Assembly (NCBI RefSeq): GCF_006345805.1
Contig: NW_021828463.1
Coordinates: 1 to 8,288 of the forward strand
Length of the DNA stretch: 8,288 nt
Source: Octopus sinensis
Lineage: Eukaryota
Direction of reading: 5' to 3'
This document shows, one piece after another, positions 1 through 6,282 of this stretch. Both the position numbers and the translations under genes were made by a program. Under the pieces are notes generated by a model that saw only the letters and a program-made list of their open reading frames with translations, was not told the DNA's origin and did no database searches. Each line of letters opens with the position of its first letter. Within the stretch, counting starts at the first letter, position 1.

Positions 1-100
1 AAGTCGACCTCGGCGGAATTTGAACTCAGAACGTAACGGCAGATGAAATACCGCTAAGCATTTCACCCGGCCTGCTAACGTTTCTGCCAGCTCGCCGCCT
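1..100 (-). mobile_element. tRNA-derived SINE family A, 5' head (runs off window start)
   Basis: Minus strand reads aggcggcgagcTGGCAGAAACGttagc...gaGTTCAAATTCCgccgaggtcgactt, with Pol III A-box-like and B-box motifs. Homologous to copies at 2992-3187, 4978-5122, 5132-5355 and 5454-5548. Confidence 0.9.
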
Positions 101-109
101 CTCAGTTAC

Positions 110-200
110 TATCAACCGAATTCAATCCCAAGGCTTTGGTCAGCCTGAGGCTATCGCAGAAAACACTACTTGCCCAAGGGTGTCGTGCAGTGGGATCGAA
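110..200 (-). mobile_element. SINE family B internal fragment
   Basis: caaggctttggtcagcctgaggctat...acttgcccaagg...gcagtgggatcgaa aligns to 4590-4668 of the full copy. Confidence 0.8.
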
Positions 201-564
201 AAACTTTTAAAAGAAAGCTCGAAAGCTCCATTCTTATAAAACTAAAAAAAAGAAGGAAAAAATGAAAAATAACTAAAAGCAGACCACAAATTGTGAAATA
301 AAATATAAGCTTTTCCACGAACCAGAATTTATGAAAAATCATAAAATATTTTTGACATGAGAAAACGGTTGTCTTTTTTCTCTTCGTTATTGTATAAATT
401 TATGTATTTTCCATAAATTTTCCTTTGAATTTTTACTGATATTTATTTGTTGTTATGGTGTTGAGGCAGGGTGGGGTGGGAGCCCCACATGGTGAGCATC
501 TATTTCTGGGCCTCCTCCAGAAATTAACATAAGTTAATTAGGCCTGTCTTGAGCTGTAAGACTC

Positions 565-720
565 ATAGTGGCTTAGTGGTTAGCGTAATGGATTCATGAT
601 CGTAAGATTGTGGTTTCGATTCCTGGGCAGAGTGACGCGTTGTGTTCTTAAGCAACTTCATTTCACATTGCTCCAGTCTACTAGGCTGACATAAAGGAGT
701 AACCCTGCGATGGACCCTGG
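565..720 (+). mobile_element. tRNA-derived SINE family C
   Basis: A box TGGCTTAGTGG at 569-579 and B box GTTTCGATTCC at 613-623. These are followed by gttgtgttcttaagcaa..tttcacattgctccagt, shared with the SINE at 1281-1620. Confidence 0.8.
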
Positions 721-853
721 AATTTCTTCGTCTATAAGTAGGCTGTAAAATCCTTGGCACATATGTGAATTTTTGCTACCCTGGTAGCTACTTATTTATT
801 TTTTTCCATGTTATTTGTACACACTGAGAAAATCGACAAACTCAAACACAGAT

Positions 854-971
854 ATATATATTATATATTAATATATATTATATATATAAGATATATATAC
901 ACACATGTAAATATAAATATTATTAAAATAACATTAATATCCAACAAGGATAAGCACCATATAGGTAGAAT

Positions 972-1038
<67 letters not shown>
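854..1038. repeat. Interrupted (AT)n microsatellite (tracts ~854-905 and ~975-1038)
   Basis: Direct reading of TA dinucleotide runs. Confidence 0.95.
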
Positions 1039-1040
<2 letters not shown>

Positions 1041-1230
1041 AGAGTTTACGTAAAAAACAAAAGACGAAGGCAGGTGGTGCACAAAACAAACAGATGTATT
1101 AGTATAACGCTCAGGAACAGAAAAAGTCTTTTACATTTCGAGCCTACGCTCTTCCAGAGAAAGGGACACAGAAAAAAAAACAAAGAGAGAAAAAAATGTG
1201 TGTAGTGGCTAACGATCTATCATGGTATTT
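1039..1230 (-). mobile_element. Hammerhead-bearing non-coding element, copy 1 (putative non-autonomous Penelope-like / retrozyme-like)
   Basis: Homologous over ~190 bp to 5655-5830 (+) and 7913-8107 (-). Shared blocks include cacctgccttcgtcttttgtt, ctaataca and gaagagcgtaggctcgaaa. No ORF. Flanked by (AT)n on both sides. Confidence 0.8.
1128..1163 (-). ncRNA. Minimal type I hammerhead ribozyme motif, degenerate (G5C)
   Basis: Minus strand: CUUU-CUCUGGA-A-GAGC(GUAG)GCUC-GAAA-U-GUA/AAAG. Stem I CUUU:AAAG and stem II GAGC:GCUC are intact. The G5C change predicts inactivity. Confidence 0.6.
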
Positions 1231-1245
1231 CATGATAGATGTGTA

Positions 1246-1280
1246 TACATATATATATATAATATATATATATATATATT
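1246..1280. repeat. (AT)n microsatellite
   Basis: Direct reading. Confidence 0.95.
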
Positions 1281-1617
1281 TGAGACCCCCTTCGGTCACG
1301 ACACAGACCATGGGATTGCACCTAGAAAGTTATCCTCTCAGGCACAAGTCCGGGCAAGGTTGTTTATGGAAGACCAGCAGTCGCCCATGCATACCAGCCC
1401 CCCCTCTCCACGCCACCAGTGTTATCCAAGGGAAAGGCAAAGGGGCCGATACAGCTTGGCACCAGTGACGTCGCAACTCATTTCTACAGATGAGTGAACT
1501 GGAGCAATGTGAAATAAAGTGTCTTGCTCAAGAACACAACACGCAGCCCGGTCCGGGATTCGAGCTTACAACCTCACGATCGTAAGCTTGACGCTCTAAC
1601 CACTGAGCCATGCACTT

Positions 1618-1620
<3 letters not shown>
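1281..1620 (-). mobile_element. tRNA-derived SINE family D, apparently full length (~340 bp)
   Basis: Minus-strand A box TGGCTCAGTGG (1600-1610) and B-box-like AGCTCGAATCC (1556-1566). Central gttgtgttcttgagcaagacactttatttcacattgctccagt, then a distinct GC-rich 3' part ending in (AT)n. Confidence 0.85.
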
Positions 1621-1649
<29 letters not shown>

Positions 1650-1681
1650 TATATATATATGTGTAATATATTATATATAAT

Positions 1682-1725
<44 letters not shown>

Positions 1726-1739
1726 TAGATAGATAGAAG

Positions 1740-1792
<53 letters not shown>

Positions 1793-1865
1793 GTATATAT
1801 ATATATATATATATAATATATCTATATTATATATATATATATATATTATATATATATAATTATAT
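1617..1865. repeat. Compound microsatellite (CA)n-(AT)n-(GATA)n-(AT)n
   Basis: Direct reading. The GATA tract spans ~1722-1791. Confidence 0.95.
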
Positions 1866-2003
1866 CGGTTCAAAACTGTACAACATTAAGCTATAAAAGA
1901 CCAAGACATATAAATGAACAATAAACACGTGTATCAATTTGACATATATGGGGGAAAAATAATAAAACTGCTTGAAAATGCACGAAGTTTTCATCCATAC
2001 ATG

Positions 2004-2031
2004 TATATATATATATATATATACATATATA
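2004..2031. repeat. (AT)n microsatellite
   Basis: Direct reading. Confidence 0.95.
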
Positions 2032-2344
2032 CTTGAACAAAACAAGTTTTATTTAACATGGGAGACAAACAGTTTCATCATAAACTTATATGTGCGGAGC
2101 TAAAAATACGAAACTATGCCAGCAGATAACAAAACATTTATAGAACAATTTTACTATTAAAGCATCGGTGGCCTTTCTTACAAATTTTCACAGAAACAAC
2201 TCGTATTATTTGAAGGTTCTCGCAGAAGAAGGAAAAAAATAAGATTTTCTGGAAAAATTTTATTACATGTTGTAAGCAAAAAGATTTAGAAGAAAAATCA
2301 TATTTTACTCATGAAATTAATATTTTACACTGACCAGGTCCTGT

Positions 2345-2689
2345 TTTGCCAGAGCAGCCAACTGGCTTCCGTACCCGTGGCACATAAAAGGGCACTATTC
2401 GAGCGTGATCGTTACCAACGTCACTTCACTGGCACCTGTGCCGGTGGCATGTGCAAAAAGATTCGAGCAAGGTCATTGCCAGTACTGCCTGACTGGCCCC
2501 TCGTGCTGGTGGCACGCAAAAAGCACCCACTACACTCACGGAGTGGTTGGCGTTAGGAAGGGCATCCAGCTTTAGAAACTCTGCCAGATCAAGTTTGGAG
2601 CTTGATGCAGCCATCTGGTTCGCCAGACCTCAGTCAAAATCGTCCAACCCATGATAGCATGGAAAGCGGATATTAAACGATGATGATGA
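2345..2689 (+). mobile_element. SINE-like / LINE-tail element E with internal ~65-bp tandem units and (GAT)n tail
   Basis: Three degenerate ~65-bp units (2345-2528), then ggttggcgttaggaagggcatccagc...catggaaagcggatattaaac and a (GAT)n 3' tail at 2679-2689. This is typical of a non-LTR 3' end. No tRNA head is visible. Confidence 0.75.
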
Positions 2690-2754
2690 CTTTGCTTACC
2701 GCAGTTATATATTCTGTCCAGTACACAGTTGATTCTGCCAGCTCACTGCCTTAA

Positions 2755-2980
2755 CCCATTAAGTCCCACTGTCCTAGAAATAGGACACTAAATGAGAACA
2801 TTGAATAAGCTATACCACATTGTCTCAGTGTCCTATTTATAGGACACCAAGTATTTCCATTTCTACTTGAAGTAAAGGCGTTTTAATAATTATATTTTTT
2901 TCATTTTAATCTATTTTCAATCATCTGTAAAAATTTAAAAGCTAATATTCAGAAATTTAAGAACTCTGGGACTTAATGAG
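2755..2980. mobile_element. piggyBac-type MITE (226 bp)
   Basis: TTAA at 2751-2754 and 2981-2984. 14-bp TIRs CCCATTAAGTCCCA (2755-2768) and TGGGACTTAATGAG (2967-2980), with 1 mismatch. A CCC terminus plus TTAA TSD is the piggyBac signature. AT-rich non-coding interior. Confidence 0.85.
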
Positions 2981-2991
2981 TTAAGTCTGTT

Positions 2992-3187
2992 TAATAATCC
3001 CTTCTACTAAAAGCACAAGGCCTAGAATTTTAGGCCCCCAGTGTTCAACTGGTACTTATTTTATCGAATCCAAAAGGATGAAAGGCAAAGTAAGCCCCGG
3101 CGGAATTTGAACTCAGAATGGTAAGACTCGCGAAATGCCGCTATGCATCTTGTCCGGCGTGCTAACGATTCTGCCAACTCATTACCT
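2992..3187 (-). mobile_element. SINE family A, near full length with internal deletion
   Basis: (TAA)n tail at 2992-2998, ggatgaaaggcaaag, cggcggaatttgaactcag (B box on minus) and gctaacgattctgccaactc (head). Confidence 0.85.
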
Positions 3188-3197
3188 TTAAGTCTCT

Positions 3198-3260
3198 TTA
3201 ATAACAATTTCAAAATTTGGAGACAAAGTTAGAAATTTTAGAAGGACGGGTGGATCTTTG
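3198..3260 (-). mobile_element. Degenerate SINE A 3'-tail fragment
   Basis: taataacaattt..tttggagacaaagttagaaatttt..gg resembles the tails at 2992-3035 and 5132-5190. Confidence 0.4.
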
Positions 3261-3328
3261 AGGTTATCATCACTGTTTATAATTTTGTTCCAATATGGAT
3301 TAAATTTTGTATAATAATTATGAAAATG

Positions 3329-3640
3329 TGGAGGCGCAATGGCCCAGTGGTTAGGGCAGCGGACTCGCGGTCGTAGGATTGCGGTTTCGATTCCTAGACC
3401 GGGCGTTGTGAGTGTTTATTGAGCAAAAACACCTAAAAGCTCCACGAGGCTCCGGCAGGGGATGGTGGTGATCCCTGCTGTACTCTTTCACCATAACTTT
3501 CTCTCACTCTTCCTTCTGTTGGCCTGCTCGCTTAGCCAGCGGGGTGGCGTCATTTGAAGGCTAAAACAATGCGAACGCATTGTGACCAGCGATGTGTAAC
3601 TACATCTGATAGCCTGGTCGGTCACGGTGATTCACGGTGA
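3329..3640 (+). mobile_element. tRNA-derived SINE family H, full length with 13-bp TSD
   Basis: A box TGGCCCAGTGG at 3340-3350 and B box GTTTCGATTCC at 3384-3394. 3' tail (g/t)tcacggtga x2 at 3621-3640. Perfect direct repeat AATTATGAAAATG at 3316-3328 and 3640-3652. Confidence 0.92.
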
Positions 3641-3654
3641 ATTATGAAAATGAA

Positions 3655-4270
3655 ATCCATTTTCTCAATAAATCCATAATTAAAAAGTTATCAGCCATTA
3701 AAGTTTACAGACTTTGGCTATTTTAGCCAATCAGAAGCGAGTATTTTACACATCACCATGAAATTCTGTTACAATAGTACGCAAAGAAGCACCATGTTTT
3801 CCATAGATGGTTGCAAAGAACTCTGTTTCCATAGTAACCAAAGATGTTGCGCCTGCGTACATGGAGTCTAACCACCATGTGTTCCACAATTGTTTGTTTT
3901 CATAACGGCAGGAAGTCGAGAGGGTATTGCAAACTTTCATTCTTGAATCTTTTAAAACTAATAAATGTCTGTTTAAAGCAATGTTTTTGACTGTTATTTC
4001 TAGCAACTCCTGTTGGTTTGTTTGTAGCTTTTGAATATTTAATTTGCTTGCTAATCTTCCACTGTTTTCCCCTGTTTACTGTAGTTTGTTTAATGTTTTC
4101 ACATGCCTCTGCCCCCTCCCCCCTCTTTTCTTGCTACTGTGACAAATGATGGAAGAGGCAACGAATACGCTGTTTTCTGATTGGCTGAAAATTCTCAAAA
4201 TGATCCAACTTTGAATACCTGTAACATTTCCACAAAATTTTTCTGAAATAAATGAATAAAAAATTTGGAT
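3655..4270. mobile_element. Degenerate element with ~90-110 bp imperfect inverted repeats (probable non-autonomous DNA transposon relic)
   Basis: The reverse complement of 3655-3746 (aatactcgcttctgattggctaaaat..aactttaatggctgataacttt..ggattt) aligns to 4164-4271 (aatacgctgttttctgattggctgaaaat..aactttgaatacctgtaacattt..ggattt). Termini and TSD are not resolved. Confidence 0.5.
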
Positions 4271-4302
4271 TTAGCATCAAAAATTACATTTATATGATAC
4301 AT

Positions 4303-4499
4303 TCTCTCTCTTGTTTCAGTCATTTGACTGCGGCCATGCTGGAGCACCGCCTTTAATTGAGCAACTCGACCCCGGGACTTATTCTGTGTAAGCCCAGTAT
4401 TTATTCTATCGGTGTCTTTTGCCGAACCGCTAAGTGACGGGGACATAAACACACCAGCATCGGTTCTCAAGTGAGTTGGATGGGACAAACACAGACACA

Positions 4500-4557
<58 letters not shown>

Positions 4558-4722
4558 TACGACGGGCTTCTTTCAGTTTCCGTCTACCAAATTCACTCAC
4601 AATGCTTTGGTCGGCCCGATGCTACAGTAGAAGACACTTGCCCAAGATGCCACGCAGTGGGACTGAACCCGGAACCATGTGGTTGGCAAACAAGCTACTT
4701 ACCAGACAGCCACTTCTGCGCC
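4303..4722 (-). mobile_element. tRNA-derived SINE family B, full length, with internal (AT/AC)n microsatellite
   Basis: Minus A-box-like TGGCTGTCTGG (4702-4712), B box GGTTCAGTCCC (4659-4669), CORE-like ttgggcaagtgtcttc, internal repeat at 4495-4559. The 3' half is homologous to 6097-6225. Confidence 0.9.
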
Positions 4723-4789
4723 ATTAAAAGATTTTTTTTATGATTTTGTCATACAGTAATGATAACCACGAAGGTCTGGAAGGGTGCTT

Positions 4790-4955
4790 CATAACATTGG
4801 CCCTAGTACTAGACCGATATTTTATTTTGTCAATCCCAAAATGACGATAGGCTAAGTCACTTTTAGTGGGGACTGGGTTTAGATTGTTAAGAGCCGGAAC
4901 AAACGATGTTAAGCCCTTTATCCAGTACGCTAACCATTCTGCCTACTCATCACTT
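4790..4955 (-). mobile_element. Old, diverged SINE A copy
   Basis: ggctaagtca..gagccggaacaaa..gctaaccattctgcctactc is colinear with SINE A but heavily mutated. Confidence 0.6.
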
Positions 4956-4977
4956 TATTAATAATAATCCTTTACAT

Positions 4978-5122
4978 CAGTCTTTACGTTCTGAGTTCAA
5001 ATTCCGCCAAAGTCAACTTTGCCTTTCATCATTTTGGGGTCGATAAATTAAATATCAGTTGCATACTGGGGTCGATCAAATCAACTGGCCCCTCCCACAA
5101 AATTTCGGGCCTTGTGCCTAAA
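4978..5122 (+). mobile_element. SINE A copy lacking the A-box end
   Basis: ttctgaGTTCAAATTCCgcc..ctttgcctttcatc..ggggtcgataaa..ggccttgtgcctaaag. Confidence 0.85.
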
Positions 5123-5131
5123 GCTGACTAG

Positions 5132-5355
5132 AATAATAATAATCTTTTCTATTATAGTCACAAGGCCTGAAATTTTGTGGGGAGGGGTCAGTCAATTAGA
5201 TCAATCCCGTTGCTCAACCAACACCAATTTTGTTGGCCCTGAAAGGATGAAAGGCTAAGCTGACCTCGGTGGAATTTGAATCTGGACATAATACTGGAAG
5301 AAATGCTGTTTAGCATTTTGTTCGGCGCACCATTGAATCTGTCTGTTCTCCGCTT
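5132..5355 (-). mobile_element. SINE A copy, diverged, tail-to-tail with 4978-5122
   Basis: aataataataatc tail, caaggcctgaaatttt, gaaaggatgaaaggc, gacctcggtggaatttgaa. Confidence 0.8.
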
Positions 5356-5453
5356 TATGTCTCTTTAACAATGAATATTTAGAATATTTACCAAACGAAA
5401 GGATGATACCTACGAAATTAAAATGGCAATTTTTTTATATTAAAGAAGTTTCT

Positions 5454-5548
5454 AGGTGATGAGCTGACAGAATCATTTGCACACTGGGTAAAATGCTTGG
5501 CAGTATCTCGTCTGTCATTATGTTTTGAGTTCAAATTCCGCTGAGGTC
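5454..5548 (+). mobile_element. SINE A 5' head, truncated at the hammerhead element
   Basis: aggtgatgagctgacagaatc..gaGTTCAAATTCCgctgaggtc. Homology stops at 5548, where other copies continue gactttgcctttc. Confidence 0.8.
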
Positions 5549-5593
5549 TCCGATGAAGGGATATAATAAATATCCTGGAAACAGCTGTAAGAC
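5546..5593 (+). ncRNA. Type I hammerhead ribozyme motif, class 2 (core CCGAUGA)
   Basis: GUCU-CCGAUGA-A-GGGAUAU(AAUAA)AUAUCCU-G-GAAA-CAGCUG-UA/AGAC. Stem I GUCU:AGAC 4 bp, stem II 7 bp, stem III is the palindrome ACAGCUGU (5581-5588), predicted cleavage after A5589. Deviations: U4C and an unpaired base at the foot of stem II. Confidence 0.65.
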
Positions 5594-5698
5594 ATTCTAT
5601 TTATAAATATTCTAAAATATTCACAGCCTTGGGTTTTTTTTATCTCACTCGTTAGCTCCTACACACATTTTTTTCTCTCCTTGTTTTTTTCTGTGTAT

Positions 5699-5734
5699 TT
5701 TTCTGTAGAAGAGCGTAGGCTCGAAACGTAAAAG
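5699..5734 (+). ncRNA. Minimal type I hammerhead ribozyme motif, class 1
   Basis: UUUU-CUGUAGA-A-GAGC(GUAG)GCUC-GAAA-C-GUA/AAAG. Stem III palindrome ACGU, predicted cleavage after A5730. Confidence 0.7.
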
Positions 5735-5851
5735 ACTTGTTTTATTTCTATTCCTGAGCGCTATACTAATACATTTGTTTGTTTGTACTCCACCTGCCTT
5801 CGTCTTTTGTTTATTTTCGTAAACTTTCCCTTTCTTTATATATGTGTGTGT

Positions 5852-6006
5852 GTTTAGTTTAGTTAAGTTAAGTTAATTTTTTTGCTCAAAAAGCAAGGCC
5901 ATGTAGAGGGACAGGGAGTTATGTACAGGGAGGGTGTTCATGCAAAGAGTTCAGGCCATTTCTGGTCAAGACCGACTTTGAACCGAGCGGTCGTCGGCAT
6001 CTTTAC
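5852..6006 (-). mobile_element. CR1-like LINE 3' end (5'-truncated): last ORF2 codons, short 3' UTR, pentamer tail
   Basis: Minus 6006-5938 translates VKMPTTARFKVGLDQKWPELFA*, matching the FKxxLDxxW motif at the C-terminus of CR1-type ORF2. Tail (AACTT/AACTA)n at 5852-5876. Confidence 0.6.
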
Positions 6007-6007
6007 T

Positions 6008-6098
6008 ATGTATGTGTGTGTGTGTGTGTGTGTGTGTATGCTTCTGTGTGTGTATGCTTCTGTGTGTGTGTGTATGTGTGTGTGTTTACATTATATAT
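6008..6098. repeat. Interrupted (TG)n microsatellite
   Basis: Direct reading. Confidence 0.95.
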
Positions 6099-6225
6099 AG
6101 AATAAGTACTAGACTTACAGAAAATAAGTCCTGGTGTCGATTTGCTCGACTAAAGGCGTTGCTGCCGCTTGGCCGCAGTAAAGATGACTGAAACAGTCAT
6201 TTTAAAAGTAAAAGAGTAAAAATAG
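6097..6225 (+). mobile_element. SINE B 3' part
   Basis: atagaataagtactagacttacagaaaataagtcctggtgtcgatttgctcgactaaaggcg..ggccgcag..atgactgaaaca is the reverse complement of 4310-4409. It ends in aaaagagtaaaa. Confidence 0.85.
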
Positions 6226-6282
6226 AAGAATGCAAGACGGTGAAGGGGAGCAAAAATAAAAATTCAAAACTTTCCAACAAAA

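Larger units (their letters stand above)
5546..5830 (+). mobile_element. Hammerhead-bearing non-coding element, copy 2 (carries two different hammerheads)
   Basis: 5655-5830 is homologous to copies 1 and 3. 5546-5654 is a unique upstream extension beginning with a second hammerhead motif. Confidence 0.75.

Noticed and set aside
500-546. Possible DNA-transposon terminus and small palindrome aattaac-ataa-gttaatt
   Set aside because: No partner terminus or TSD was found in the window.
546-562. gtcttgagctgtaagac, sharing 11 nt with the 3' end of the class 2 hammerhead
   Set aside because: An 11-mer match between some pair of positions is expected by chance in 8 kb, and there is no core sequence.
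2345-2528. 65-bp periodic units as a CRISPR-like array
   Set aside because: Eukaryotic context, whole units are homologous with no unique spacers, and there are no cas genes.
565-3400. tRNA-like sequences at 565-630, 1550-1620 and 3331-3400 as tRNA genes
   Set aside because: They have A and B boxes but no complete acceptor stem or Pol III terminator, and they continue into SINE bodies.
3746-4006. 86-aa minus-strand ORF as a transposase or recombinase remnant
   Set aside because: No DDE, tyrosine-recombinase or RT motif was recognised in this or the other frames I read. An HMM search would be needed to exclude it fully.
563-4554. ORFs 563-760, 1196-1468, 1222-1497, 2311-2556, 2426-2614 and 4195-4554
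   Set aside because: They lie within or across SINE bodies and have no recognisable protein motifs.
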